Shown one piece after another: positions 1 through 10,501 of a DNA stretch of 64,000 nucleotides (within the stretch, counting starts at the first letter, position 1; every line of letters begins with the position of its first letter). The DNA is from Alphaproteobacteria bacterium (lineage in GTDB: Bacteria; Pseudomonadota; Alphaproteobacteria; MPNO01; UBA830): contig OZ251539.1 of assembly GCA_965243135.1 (NCBI GenBank), forward strand, positions 4,800,001-4,864,000. The letters are read 5' to 3'. The notes under the pieces were generated by a model. The model searched no databases. It was not told the origin of the DNA and saw only the letters and a list, made by a program, of their open reading frames with translations. The position numbers and the translations under genes are program-made.

Positions 1-1049
1 AGGTTCGGGTAGTCCAGCCGGTAGCGCCCGTCCTCCTCGCCGGCGATGGTGAGGTAGCCGGTCTGGAACAGAAGCGCCTCGACCGAGATCCTGTCCACGT
101 CGAAGGCCGAGAGCAGGCTCTCGCTGCCGATCATGCCGTCCAGGCGGGGAGTGGGCAGGTCGCGGCGCGCCAGCGTCTCGACCAAGAAGGTCGGCGTGCC
201 GCTCTCGAACCAATACGGGCGGAACTCGCGCCGTCGAAACAGCAGCAGGAGGCCGAACGGATTGTAGACCCTCTCCGGCCCGCGCCAGTTGTAGCCGTTG
301 TACCAGCGGCGGACCTCGTCCCGGTCCAGGCCCTCGAGTTCCGGGGCGAAGACCGCGTCCAGCTCCGCGTCCGTGCAGCCGCAGATGTCCGAGAACTCCG
401 GTTCCAGCGTGACGTCGATCAGGTTGTTCAGGCCCGAGAACAGGCCCGCCTTCGAGAACTTGCTCACCCCCGTCAGGAAAACGAAACGGAGATGCCTGTC
501 GCACTTCTTGAGCGCCCCGTACAGGCTGCGCAGGAAGTCGCGGTTGGCCAGCGCCAGCTCCCGGTCGCCGAGCGCGTCCAGGATCGGCTTGTCGTATTCG
601 TCCACCAGAACCACCGCCCGCTGCCCGGTGCGTTCGTGCAGGGCAGCGATCAGTTCCCGGAAGCGGACCGAAACTCTGGCGCTGCCCGGTTCGATGCCGG
701 CCAGCCTCTCCGCCGCCTTCAGTTGCGATTCCGTTTCTTCCCGAACTCCGTCCGGGTCGCCGAAATCGCCCCCGCCGAAATCCAGCCGCACGACAGGATG
801 ACGTATCGACCAGTCCCACTTGCCGTGCACGGCGAGGCCCCGGAACAGCTCCTCGCTTCCCTCGAACAACTCCTGCAGCGTGTCCACCAGCAGGGTCTTG
901 CCGAACCGGCGCGGACGCGACAGAAAATAATATTGACCACCCTCGACGAGGCGGCGCACATGGTCCGTCTTGTCGACGTAGTAGCAGCCCAACTCTCCCC
1001 GGATTTTCCGGAGGGAGGTCAAGCCGATCGGAAGCATGCGTTTCGCCAT
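1..1049 (-). CDS. AAA-family ATPase with predicted C-terminal PD-(D/E)XK nuclease; 3' part runs off the window
   Basis: Manual translation MAKRMLPIGLTSLRKIRGELGCYYVDKT...FLSRPRRFGKT (Walker A), VVLVDEYDKP, FVFLTGVSKF; close paralog of the gene at 38441-41645. Confidence 0.85.
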   Translation of the reverse strand, partial: MAKRMLPIGLTSLRKIRGELGCYYVDKTDHVRRLVEGGQYYFLSRPRRFGKTLLVDTLQELFEGSEELFRGLAVHGKWDWSIRHPVVRLDFGGGDFGDPDGVREETESQLKAAERLAGIEPGSARVSVRFRELIAALHERTGQRAVVLVDEYDKPILDALGDRELALANRDFLRSLYGALKKCDRHLRFVFLTGVSKFSKAGLFSGLNNLIDVTLEPEFSDICGCTDAELDAVFAPELEGLDRDEVRRWYNGYNWRGPERVYNPFGLLLLFRRREFRPYWFESGTPTFLVETLARRDLPTPRLDGMIGSESLLSAFDVDRISVEALLFQTGYLTIAGEEDGRYRLDYPN

Positions 1050-1642
1050 TCGAAGAGGGTAGGCCGCCGCGCCGGAGCCGTCAAGAAGTCGGCGGCTGCA
1101 GGCCTGTCTGCGTTGCGCGGCGAGCAGCCGGCAGTTTCCGCGGCGGCACGGGCGGCCGGCGGGAAAAGCGCGGAGGCGAGCGCGTTCGACGCACGGCCTG
1201 GAGGCCGCGGGCGGAAGCGAACGCCGACGGAATGCGCCGCCGCCGAACCTCCAGGGTTCGCTCGAAACCGCGGCTTGGGAGGCTCGCGGACAGCCTGAGG
1301 AAACAGGAAACCCGGAAATGCAACGCAAAGTCAGCGGGGGCCTGCGGAGGCGAAACAGGCAAGTCACCTCGCGGCCGAACGCTTACCCCTCCCGGAGACT
1401 CTTGCGTTGCTCGTGACGGCTTGAAAATACGTGAATATTTCAGGGGCGAGGATTTTTTCCATGCCCCGATTCGGGCACGGAAAACCGTGGATTTTCCGCG
1501 CTCGGAACGCCGTTTTCGCAGATTCCACCCCAAGCCGCTCCGCGACCGCGCGTCCGTGCGGCCCGGCTCACCCCTCTCCCGAAAATCTCCGTGCGAACGG
1601 CCCACCGTCGTCCGGCGGTCGACGCGCAACGAGCGGCTCCGT

Positions 1643-2182
1643 TCACGAACCGTCGCCCTCCCGCAGGCGCGGCATCAGTTCGACGAAATTGCAAGGCTTG
1701 TGGCGAATGTCCAGTTGATGGACCAGAATGCCGTCCCAGGCGTCCCGGCACGCCCCGGTGGAACCGGGCAACGCGAACAGGTAAGTGCCGTCCGCCACGC
1801 CCGCGGTCGCCCGCGACTGAATCGTCGACGATCCGATCGTTTCGTAGGACAGCATGCGAAACAGCTCTCCGAAACCCGGGATCTCCTTCTCCCAGACGTC
1901 GCGAAACGCTTCGGGCGTGACGTCGCGCCCCGTGACGCCCGTGCCTCCGGTGGAGATCACCGCATCGATATCGGGGCGCGCGATCCATTGCCGCAACCGG
2001 TCGGCGATGTCCCGCCGGTCGTCCTTGACGATGGCGCGGTCCGCGACCGAATGCCCCGCGGCCCTTATCCGTTCGGCAAGCGTATCGCCGGACCGGTCGT
2101 CTTGGACGGTCCGGGTATCGGACACCGTCAGCACCGCGACGTTGATCGGGGCGAAGGGGATGCGCTCGTCAATGCCGGACAT
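1643..2182 (-). CDS. moaB: molybdenum cofactor biosynthesis protein B
   Basis: [40 protein letters not shown] motifs. Confidence 0.93.
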   Translation of the reverse strand: MSGIDERIPFAPINVAVLTVSDTRTVQDDRSGDTLAERIRAAGHSVADRAIVKDDRRDIADRLRQWIARPDIDAVISTGGTGVTGRDVTPEAFRDVWEKEIPGFGELFRMLSYETIGSSTIQSRATAGVADGTYLFALPGSTGACRDAWDGILVHQLDIRHKPCNFVELMPRLREGDGS

Positions 2183-3869
2183 TTGCGGCGGCGCCCTCGA
2201 CGGCGCGATACAGGGGATGCAGGTTCGCGGCGAGCGCGTCCAGAGACGGCGCGGGCTCGCCGAAACGCTCGCGATACATCCACAGATTGGACAGAACGCG
2301 CTCGACGAAGATGCGCGTCTCGCGCGCCGGCATGCTTTCGATGAACATGAGCGGATCCTCGTACCGCGCCTTTTTCTTCCACTTTCTGAGATTTCCCGGG
2401 CCGCCGTTGTAGGCGGCGGCCATCAGCAGCAGATCGCCGCCGATGTGCTCGTCTTCCAGGAGGTATCTGACGTATTTCTGCCCCACGGAAAGATTGAGCA
2501 CGGGATCGTACAGCAGATCTTGCGCCGGTCCGCGGAAGCGCCGCTTTTCGACGTAGCTGGCGGTGCCCGGCATCAACTGCATCAGCCCGCGGGCTCCGGC
2601 CCTGCTGCGCGCCCGCGCGTGGAAGGCCGATTCCTGGCGCATAAGGGCGTAGATGAGGGCGCGGTCCACGCTGAAGCCGTCCCGCGGACGCCAGGACGGC
2701 ACCGGATAGAGAGCGCGGGCGCGCATCCGGTCCGGGAGCAACGCCATGGCGGCCCTGAGAGACGCCATCGGAAGCCGCGCGATTTCCGCGACCGACGCGA
2801 CCGCTTCGGTGATTTCGGAATCGTTTCCGTCGATCATGAAGCGGAGCTCGCGATCCGCCCTCGCGAACCGTCCGACCTGAAGCAGCGCGAGGGCGCGCAG
2901 GCCGCCCTTCCGTCCGGTCACGAGCTCCAGCTCTTCCCGGCGCAACGCCTCGTCCCTCCAGTCGAACGGCGTGTCCCCGCCGAGCCAGCGGCGCGCGAGG
3001 GCGCCGTAGAACGTTCGCGGCTCCCGGGCGGCGCTTTCGAGAAGGGAAGAGACGCTCTCGGGCTTGCCGCCCAGAAGGCCGGCGCGCGCCGCCCAGAAAG
3101 CTCCGGCCGCGCGATCCTCGCCGCCGACTTCCGCCGAATCCGCGACCGCCGCGAAATGGCGCGACGCGGCGTCGTAACGTTCGAGACGAAACGCGGAAAG
3201 GCCGGCGATCCAGTGCGCGTAGGGCAGCTTTGCGCCGGACCTTTTCGCAGCCGCTCGCGCCATGTCGAACGCCTTCCCGGCGTCGCCGTAGAAGAACCAG
3301 CCTGCGGCGATGCGGGTGCGGGCGCGATCGTATCCGAGCGCGCCGAGGGTTTTCCCGTTCCTCGCGACGTAGCGCGTCGCGAGCGTCAGCCGGTCGAGGC
3401 GCACCAGACTGCGCACCTCCCTGAGTATCCGATTCGCCGCCCCGCCCGCCGGCCGATGCCCGGCGCGGTCGATGGTCTCGGCCGGCGCCGCGGAGTGGTG
3501 AAGGCGCGCCGCCGGCTTCCGCGGGGCCTTCGCGCCCTTGGGCTGCCGTCTTTTCGCCAGACGGTATATTCGCCTGGCGTCCGGGAGATCGGCATAGGCC
3601 TCCATCCAGCGGGCGAGTTCCTCGAACTTCGACCGGTATTCGGACGAATCCGGATACAGATAGCGCTGGGCGAGGACGTGTCCCAGCAGGATCTCGTCTT
3701 CGAGCGCGCCGATGAGCCGATCGGCGGCGCGCCAGTCGGCTTCGTCCTGAAGCGCGAAGATTTCCGCGTAACGCCGCTCGTCCGCCGACGAGAGAACGTC
3801 GGGCAAAGTCGAAGCGCCGGCCGGCATAACGAGAAACGCCGCCAGCGCCGCAGCCGCAAGAGTCCGCAA
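2169..3869 (-). CDS. soluble lytic murein transglycosylase (SLT domain)
   Basis: Signal peptide; [28 protein letters not shown] motifs. Confidence 0.92.
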   Translation of the reverse strand: MRTLAAAALAAFLVMPAGASTLPDVLSSADERRYAEIFALQDEADWRAADRLIGALEDEILLGHVLAQRYLYPDSSEYRSKFEELARWMEAYADLPDARRIYRLAKRRQPKGAKAPRKPAARLHHSAAPAETIDRAGHRPAGGAANRILREVRSLVRLDRLTLATRYVARNGKTLGALGYDRARTRIAAGWFFYGDAGKAFDMARAAAKRSGAKLPYAHWIAGLSAFRLERYDAASRHFAAVADSAEVGGEDRAAGAFWAARAGLLGGKPESVSSLLESAAREPRTFYGALARRWLGGDTPFDWRDEALRREELELVTGRKGGLRALALLQVGRFARADRELRFMIDGNDSEITEAVASVAEIARLPMASLRAAMALLPDRMRARALYPVPSWRPRDGFSVDRALIYALMRQESAFHARARSRAGARGLMQLMPGTASYVEKRRFRGPAQDLLYDPVLNLSVGQKYVRYLLEDEHIGGDLLLMAAAYNGGPGNLRKWKKKARYEDPLMFIESMPARETRIFVERVLSNLWMYRERFGEPAPSLDALAANLHPLYRAVEGAAANVRH

Positions 3870-3936
3870 TCCACACCTCCCGTCGCTCGGACGGAATTAA
3901 ACAAATCCGGGAAGCCCCGCAAGAACCGTCCGGCGT

Positions 3937-4773
3937 TCAGTTCGCGTCCAGCCGGTCCCTGATTTCGAGCAGGTCGCTCCACGTCAACCGCTTCTGCGCC
4001 GGTTGACGGAGGAGGTAGGCGGGATGCAGAAGCGCCCGCGCGGTCATCGGCTCTCCCTCGGGAGGGCGGTATTTGAGCCATCGCCCGCGGAGGCGCAGGA
4101 TCCCTTCTTTGGAGCGCAGCAACGATTTCGCCGAGACGCCTCCGACCAGGACGAGGATTTGCGGAGCGGCCAATTCGATGTGCCGTTCGACGAAGGGCAG
4201 GCAGGCCGCGATTTCGGAATCGGTGGGGTTTCGATTCCCCGGCGGCCTCCATGGAACGATGTTGGAAATGTAGGCCTCCTCGCGCGCGATTCCGATCGCC
4301 TCGAGCATCCTGTCGAGCAGACGGCCGGCAGGGCCGACGAACGGCAGGCCCTGGCGGTCCTCGTCCGCTCCCGGCGCCTCTCCGACCAGCATCAGCGGCG
4401 CCCCGGGCCTGCCGTCGGCGAAGACGAAATTCGTGGCGGTCGCCTTCAGCGGACATTCGTCGAAGGCTTCGAAGGCGGCGCGCAGTTCCGCCAGCGTGGC
4501 GGCGGCGGCCGCGGTCTCCCTCGCGGTTTGCACGTTCGCCTCCCGCGAGCGGAGCGCGGGCGCCGGGGAGGGCGGCTGCGGCGCCGCCGCCGGGGGCTGT
4601 CGCGGCGAAGGGGCCGGCTGCCGCGGCGCGCGGGACGTGGAAGCCGGAGGTTTCCGGGGCGCGGGACGCAGCGCGAACCTGTCGACGGGCGCGTCGCCGA
4701 TGGCCTCGTCCGCGCCGGCCGCGACGTACAATTCCAGCAGCGCCGCCTCGGCGCCTGAAAACTCCTCGTTCAT
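3937..4773 (-). CDS. uracil-DNA glycosylase, family 4
   Basis: [30 protein letters not shown]; start placed at ATG 4773 (MNEEF). Confidence 0.92.
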   Translation of the reverse strand: MNEEFSGAEAALLELYVAAGADEAIGDAPVDRFALRPAPRKPPASTSRAPRQPAPSPRQPPAAAPQPPSPAPALRSREANVQTARETAAAAATLAELRAAFEAFDECPLKATATNFVFADGRPGAPLMLVGEAPGADEDRQGLPFVGPAGRLLDRMLEAIGIAREEAYISNIVPWRPPGNRNPTDSEIAACLPFVERHIELAAPQILVLVGGVSAKSLLRSKEGILRLRGRWLKYRPPEGEPMTARALLHPAYLLRQPAQKRLTWSDLLEIRDRLDAN

Positions 4774-5060
4774 GGACGAACGATAGCACAGTCGCAGTTC
4801 TTTGACCGCGCCGCGTCGTCGCCCGGCGAATCGAAAGGCCTGCGGCGGCGGGGCCGTTCCTGCGGTCCGACGGGCCGCTTCGCCCGTGTCGGTCCGAACG
4901 CCGCCTTTCGCTTCGGCAGGAATGGCCGCGCCCTGCGCGTCCAGCCGCGGACGCAAGGCGCGAAGCCCCGGCTCGGCGACGCCTCGGCGCGCTGCGGCCG
5001 GACTCGCGCCAAAAACCTTCCGGCGACGGTTCCACCGACGCGGCGCAAGGCATATATTAG

Positions 5061-6823
5061 CCCGCATATCTCACCAGAGCGAATCAGGGGGCTGGATTCG
5101 GGTTGCGGGCGCGGTTTTCGGGACGACCGGCGAGCCGGGGAAACAGGGCGCAGTCAGCAAGCAGGGCTTTCTCACGAACGAAACACGAACTTGCGCGGCT
5201 GCGGGCGACTCCGACGCCATGGAATCCAATGCCCGAACATACCCGTCCCGTGGCCGGCGTTCCGGCTTTCGAAAAAGGGTTGTCGGGGCCGCGAGCGGCG
5301 TCAGGTCGGGGCCGGCGGCGCAGCCGCCTGCAAGTTCGCCAGGACCCGGGCGAACAGATCCTTCCACGGCCAGACCGACGAAAACGAGAGCAGAACCCTC
5401 CGAACGGAGATGCGGATGCAGACGGCGACCTTGAGGAGCTTCGTCCGAATCGTTCCGGCCTGCGCCCTGTCCTCCCCGGTGCCGGCCAGGCCGACCCTCC
5501 GAATCGCCGCCACCAGGTGGCTGGCGAACGTCGCAAAGTCGAGGCGCAACTGGTTCGCCCGCATGGTCGCGGTCGAGGTCCGGTCGGCGAACAGGTCGAG
5601 CTGCTGTTCCTTGATGCGGTTCTCCATTTCGCCGCGCGCGCAGTACAGATCCTCGTAGAGAGCCTGCGCTCCCGCCCGCTTGCAGCCCAGCGAAGTCACG
5701 ACGAAGCGGGCGTTGAGGCCGCGAGGACCCGGCAGCCACTCCGCCTTCGCGACCACCCGCCGCGTCCGGCTCCACGACCTCCGGGTTCGGTACCGGAAGT
5801 CGCAGAACCGCCGCGACGCCTTGCCGGTCGAGAGGCAGCGGCGGCGCGACTTGCGCAACTGCCTGGCGATGCGCCCCGCCAGGCGGGGGTTGCGGGACAG
5901 GCCGAACAGGTAGTCGACCCCGTTGTCTTCGCACCACGTCATGAGTTCGTCGCGGCAAAAGCCGCCGTCGCCGCGAACGACGATCCCGGTCTCCGGCCAG
6001 CGCTTGCGAATGCGCTCCACAATCCGTGCCAACTCCTCCGCCGTGCCCGCCGCCGGGTCGACGTTCGCAGGCCGCAACCGCGAACACAAAATCAGATCGT
6101 CCCACACGATGTAGAGCGGAAGGTAGCAGTATGAGTCGTAGTAGCCGTGGAAGTGACGCCCCTCCTGGTTGCCGTGCACCAGGTCGTCGGTGGAGTCGAC
6201 GTCCAGCCAGATCTCTTTCGGCGGCGACGGACAGGCGTCGAGGGACAAGTCGATCTTGAGATCGTCCAGCGCTCCCGGAATGGCCGTGATCTTCTTGTAC
6301 CGGTGCGTCTCGGCCTCGCCGGGAACGCCCAGCTCGAACCGGTTCACGGTGCTCGAACCGGCCAGTGGAATGCCGCGGTCGCGCTCCCGAACCCGCTCCT
6401 CCCCGGTCAGGTCGGTGCACCCGACAGCCAGCGCCAGCACGCTGTCGGCCCGAATCTGGTCGTGATCGTTCACGTCCTCGTAACCCAGCAAAAGGCCGAA
6501 CAGCCGCTGTGAAACCAACCGCCGCACCGGGTGCTCGAGGCGTTCCTGACATCGGTGATCCTCGAAGCAAGCCGCCATTCGCGGCGTCAGGTCGAGCAGC
6601 GTGTCGGCCTGGCGCAACAGCGTCGCGCCGCCGTCGGTGCTGAGCCGGCCGCCTTCGAAATCGCCGACCACCTTGCGGCTTCCGAGGCCTTGAAACTCAA
6701 GCTGCAACGGTTTACAGTCTGTTGGCATGGGGTTTTCCTTCGCAGGTCGTGTAGTGGCTTGATTCTTCTATATGTACTGCGAATCGAAGACCCCATGCAA
6801 CCAGTTGTGGTGAGATATCCGGG
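5061..6823 (-). mobile_element. IS1380-family insertion sequence, apparently complete
   Basis: TIRs CCCGCATATCTCACCA (5061) and TGGTGAGATATCCGGG (ends 6823); TTAG direct repeats at 5057-5060 and 6824-6827. Confidence 0.92.
5301..6728 (-). CDS. IS1380-family DDE transposase
   Basis: FEGGRLSTDGG, GYEDVNDHD, LDVDSTDD..HGNQEG, RGDGGF, YCARGEMENRIKE. Confidence 0.93.
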   Translation of the reverse strand: MPTDCKPLQLEFQGLGSRKVVGDFEGGRLSTDGGATLLRQADTLLDLTPRMAACFEDHRCQERLEHPVRRLVSQRLFGLLLGYEDVNDHDQIRADSVLALAVGCTDLTGEERVRERDRGIPLAGSSTVNRFELGVPGEAETHRYKKITAIPGALDDLKIDLSLDACPSPPKEIWLDVDSTDDLVHGNQEGRHFHGYYDSYCYLPLYIVWDDLILCSRLRPANVDPAAGTAEELARIVERIRKRWPETGIVVRGDGGFCRDELMTWCEDNGVDYLFGLSRNPRLAGRIARQLRKSRRRCLSTGKASRRFCDFRYRTRRSWSRTRRVVAKAEWLPGPRGLNARFVVTSLGCKRAGAQALYEDLYCARGEMENRIKEQQLDLFADRTSTATMRANQLRLDFATFASHLVAAIRRVGLAGTGEDRAQAGTIRTKLLKVAVCIRISVRRVLLSFSSVWPWKDLFARVLANLQAAAPPAPT

Positions 6824-6892
6824 TTAGGATGCGATAGCCTTCCTCCGGCTCGCGTCGACGGTCGGAGGAACGTGCCGAAAGGATGACGAAAC

Positions 6893-8614
6893 ATGCGCGG
6901 AATGCGCGTCGCGATACCGGTTGCGATCATCGCCGCCTTCGGCTGCGCGCCCGACCGGCAAACGGTGGCTTCGCGGGTGGCGGACGCTTCCGGCGGTTCG
7001 AGGGTTCAGTCGACGGGACAGGTCGGGTCTTCGAAGGCCGGAAGCTTTCTGGCCGGCAACCACGCCCGGAAACTGAACGACTTTTCTTCGGAAGCCGACT
7101 TTCTGGCGCGCGCGCTGGCGGCCGACCCGGAAAACCGGCGCCTGAGGCGTCGGGCGTTCCTTGCCGCGCTCGCTGCGGGCCGCGTCGACGAAGCCGTCGA
7201 ACTGGCGCCGGCGGCCGGCCGGACAATGCTGGCCAGGCTCGCCCTGGCCGTCGAGGCGGTGAGAAAGAAGGATTTTCCCCAAGCGGAAAAAATACTGGTC
7301 GAACTGCCCGAGCGCGGCGCCGGCGCAGTCGTCAAGCCGCTTCTTCTCGCATGGGTCAAGGCGGAAACCTCCCCCGACGAAGCGCTGGAGGCCCTGGAGC
7401 CGATCAAGGAAGTGCGGGGACTCGCGTTGTTCGACCTCCATGCGGCGCGCATATTGGAAGTGACGGGCAAAGCGGAGGCGGCGTCGGAGCGCTACGAGAA
7501 AGCGAGAGAGAACTTCGAAGCCTTGCCGCTGCGGCTGGCCCGGAACCTGGGACGCCATTACGAGCGAACCGGGCGCACCGACGACGCGAGAACGCTCTAC
7601 GAGGACTACCTGGAGGAAGAACCGGACGCGGATATCGTGCGGTCCGAGCTGCAGCGGCTCGAAAGCGGCGAACGACCGGAACCGCTGATCGCGGATGCGT
7701 CGGCCGGCGTATCCGAAGCGTTGTTCGACCTCGCCGGCAGGATGGCGCGGCAGGCGCAGTTCGCCCTCGCGTGCGGACGCCTGTCCCTCCGGCTGCGCCC
7801 CGGCTTCGATTCGGCGCGCCTGCTGGTGGCGGGAATTCTCGAATCCATGGACCGGTACGAGGAAGCGATCGCCGCCTTCCGGCAAATCGTCGAGGATTCT
7901 CCTATGGCATGGTCCGCGCGGCTGAGCGTCGCGCGCAACCTGGAGCAACTGGAGCGCGACGCCGACGCCGTCGCGCTGCTCGTCGAGCTTTCCCGCGAAG
8001 GTCCCGCACGTTACGCCGCCTTCGTCGGTCTCGGCGATCTGTATCGCGCCAACGAACAGTACGAGAAGGCCATCGAAGCCTACGACAGCGCGGTCGACGC
8101 GGCGGGCGCGATCGGCAAAGGTCACTGGACGCTGCTGTATTCGCGGGGAATCGCGCTGGAGCGAGCGAAGGAATGGGACCGCGCCGAAAAGGACTTCGAG
8201 CGCGCGCTCAGGCTCAACCCGGACCAGCCTTACGTCCTCAATTACCTCGCCTATTCGTGGGTGGATCAGGGCGTCAATCTCCAGCGCGCCCGCAAGATGA
8301 TCGAGCGCGCGGTCGAGCAGCGTCCCGACGACGGCTACATCGTCGACAGTCTGGGATGGGCCCTTTACCGCCTGGAGAACTTCAAGGAGGCGGTGGTTCA
8401 TCTTGAGCGCGCCGTCGAGCTGCGGCCTCGGGACCCGACGATAAACGACCATCTGGGAGACGCGTACTGGCGGGCCGACCGGCGCCGCGAAGCGCGTTTC
8501 CAGTGGAAACGCGCGCTGACGCTGGATCCGGAACCCGAGATGGTCTCCGCGATAGAGGACAAGGTCCGCAACGGCCTCGAGGACGATCCCCCGAAGAACG
8601 AACAGGACGGCTGA
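6893..8614 (+). CDS. tetratricopeptide-repeat (lipo)protein
   Basis: Lipobox-like AFGC; VLNYLAYSW, YIVDSLGW, INDHLGDAYW; conserved position upstream of ispE. Confidence 0.9.
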   Translation: MRGMRVAIPVAIIAAFGCAPDRQTVASRVADASGGSRVQSTGQVGSSKAGSFLAGNHARKLNDFSSEADFLARALAADPENRRLRRRAFLAALAAGRVDEAVELAPAAGRTMLARLALAVEAVRKKDFPQAEKILVELPERGAGAVVKPLLLAWVKAETSPDEALEALEPIKEVRGLALFDLHAARILEVTGKAEAASERYEKARENFEALPLRLARNLGRHYERTGRTDDARTLYEDYLEEEPDADIVRSELQRLESGERPEPLIADASAGVSEALFDLAGRMARQAQFALACGRLSLRLRPGFDSARLLVAGILESMDRYEEAIAAFRQIVEDSPMAWSARLSVARNLEQLERDADAVALLVELSREGPARYAAFVGLGDLYRANEQYEKAIEAYDSAVDAAGAIGKGHWTLLYSRGIALERAKEWDRAEKDFERALRLNPDQPYVLNYLAYSWVDQGVNLQRARKMIERAVEQRPDDGYIVDSLGWALYRLENFKEAVVHLERAVELRPRDPTINDHLGDAYWRADRRREARFQWKRALTLDPEPEMVSAIEDKVRNGLEDDPPKNEQDG

Positions 8615-8637
8615 TTTTGGGCTCCTCCGGCGAGGGG

Positions 8638-9507
8638 ATGCGGGTCGCGGCGCCGGCCAAGATCAATCTCTTTCTGAACGTGACCGGCCGTCGAGAGGAC
8701 GGATTCCATCTGTTGCAGAGCCTCGTCGCCTTCGCGGACACAGGCGACGGACTGGCCGTCCGGCGCGACGCGGAGTTGAGGCTTTCCATCGACGGACCGT
8801 TCGCGGCGGATCTGGACGCGAACGACAACATCGTCCTTCGCGCCGCAAGGGCGCTGCGGCCCGCCGCCGGCGCGCGCCTGCGGCTCACCAAAAACCTGCC
8901 CGTCGCCTCCGGACTCGGCGGCGGTTCGTCCGACGCCGCCGCCGCGTTGCGCCTGCTCTCGCGGCTCTGGGAAATCCATTCCCCGGATCTGCCCGCGCTC
9001 GGGCTGGAACTGGGCGCCGACGTGCCGGCCTGCCTGGCCGCGCGAACGTCCCTGGTATCGGGAATCGGCGAGATCGTCGAACCCGTGGCTCCGCTGCCGG
9101 ATTGCGGCGTGGTCTTGGCGAACGCCGGCGCGCCGGTATCGACCGCCGCGGTCTTCGCGGCGAGGAGAGGCGAATTCTCGGAGCCGACGGCCTGGCGTCC
9201 GCCTCGCGACCTCGACGAGCTCGTCGCCCGGCTCGCGATCTCGGAAAACGACCTCTTCGACGCGGCGGTATCGATAGCGCCGGCAATCGCCGACGTACTG
9301 GATTCGCTCGAGCGAGCTCCATCGTGCCTGCTTGCGCGCATGTCCGGGAGCGGCGGCGCCTGTTTCGCGCTGTTTCCCGACCTGACGGCGGCGACCGAGG
9401 CGGCGCGCGCCCTGAAAGCCGATCATCCGCCATGGTGGGTGGCCGCCTCGCGGTTTCGCAGCCATCCGCCGGGGATCCAGGCTCTCCGAAGGCCGTTCCC
9501 GTCTTGA
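8638..9507 (+). CDS. ispE: 4-diphosphocytidyl-2-C-methyl-D-erythritol kinase
   Basis: APAKINLFL, PVASGLGGGSSDAAA, LGADVP, RMSGSG; start ATG 8638. Confidence 0.95.
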   Translation: MRVAAPAKINLFLNVTGRREDGFHLLQSLVAFADTGDGLAVRRDAELRLSIDGPFAADLDANDNIVLRAARALRPAAGARLRLTKNLPVASGLGGGSSDAAAALRLLSRLWEIHSPDLPALGLELGADVPACLAARTSLVSGIGEIVEPVAPLPDCGVVLANAGAPVSTAAVFAARRGEFSEPTAWRPPRDLDELVARLAISENDLFDAAVSIAPAIADVLDSLERAPSCLLARMSGSGGACFALFPDLTAATEAARALKADHPPWWVAASRFRSHPPGIQALRRPFPS

Positions 9508-9649
9508 TTCCAACGGATTCCGGCGCGACAGCGCGTTGGCGCGAAATCGCGGCAGGCCTGTCCCACGCGGCGTCGCTCTCCCGACCAACCGGCCGCAAAC
9601 GGCGGTCCGACACGCGAGGAATTTTTTGCGGCGAGGCCTCTCCAGACGT

Positions 9650-10018
9650 TCAGGAGCCAGCGGCCGAGGGCCGTCCGGCCCTGTCTTCGCGCCTCGACGC
9701 CTGCATCGCGGTGCGGGCCCTGGGGAAGCATGCGCGCTTCGTGGATCCGTCTGCTGGCAGCCGGGGCGAGCCGCGGGGCGTCGGCTGGGCGACCGGCCAA
9801 AAAATGGTGAGTTCCCGGAGTTTTTTCGGCCCGAGGAATCTGGTGCCTATGAACAGGTAGCCGGCCGTCGGCGTATGACCCTCTCTTTTCAGAACGCAGG
9901 CACCTTGCATGGACTCGCCTTTGTACACGTCGTAGTGAACGTAATCGCCCTCGGTGTCCTCGCGGATACGGACGAGGATGTCCGTAATCATCGTCCCGTC
10001 TTCCATCATCATCGTCAT
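9650..10018 (-). CDS. hypothetical protein, third gene of the TIR-led operon; C-terminus may be read-through into GC-rich flank
   Basis: ATG overlaps the TGA of the upstream gene (ATGA at 10018-10015); GGGAG upstream; N-terminal half in lower-GC sequence. Confidence 0.45.
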   Translation of the reverse strand: MTMMMEDGTMITDILVRIREDTEGDYVHYDVYKGESMQGACVLKREGHTPTAGYLFIGTRFLGPKKLRELTIFWPVAQPTPRGSPRLPADGSTKRACFPRARTAMQASRREDRAGRPSAAGS

Positions 10019-10501
10019 TCTCCCTTGCATCCTTTGTCGTAAGCGGCTTTCGTTCCTCTCAGGTCGTAGTCGAAGTACACATAGCCTTTCCGGAAGTAGT
10101 ACACGGCAAGAAATAGCCGATCATGGTCTCCGCTAACGATCTGGCGGTAAACTGGATCGTCGAAAGTAAACATCGTCAGCATCTGCAGGCCGGGACCCAG
10201 AAGAACATCGCCTTGATCGCCTGTTCTCGGTCGATTCTCAGCTGCTACATGGATTCTTTACGGCCGTAGAGATCGAAGCAAGCATTGCCGACATTCAGAT
10301 AGTCGAAATAGAAGAGAGGACTCATCTATCCGCACTTAAGCACCAGGCGCGACGAGATGGACTTGCTGGTCGTCTCTGGCGACATGACCAACACCGTCTC
10401 TTTGTCGGTCATCCGGTGTCGGTAACGATCAATGTCCCACTCATCCGCCTTCGTCGATGTCGTCAACAGGACGCCAACGGCCAGCAAAATCTTCAGTTTC
10501 T

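Noticed and set aside
1854-3962. Long antisense or alternate-frame ORFs (also 6824-8452, 21017-23641, 24676-27648, 24687-27425, 58797-60326)
   Set aside because: Shadows of real genes in high-GC DNA; Arg/Ala/Pro-rich with no motifs.
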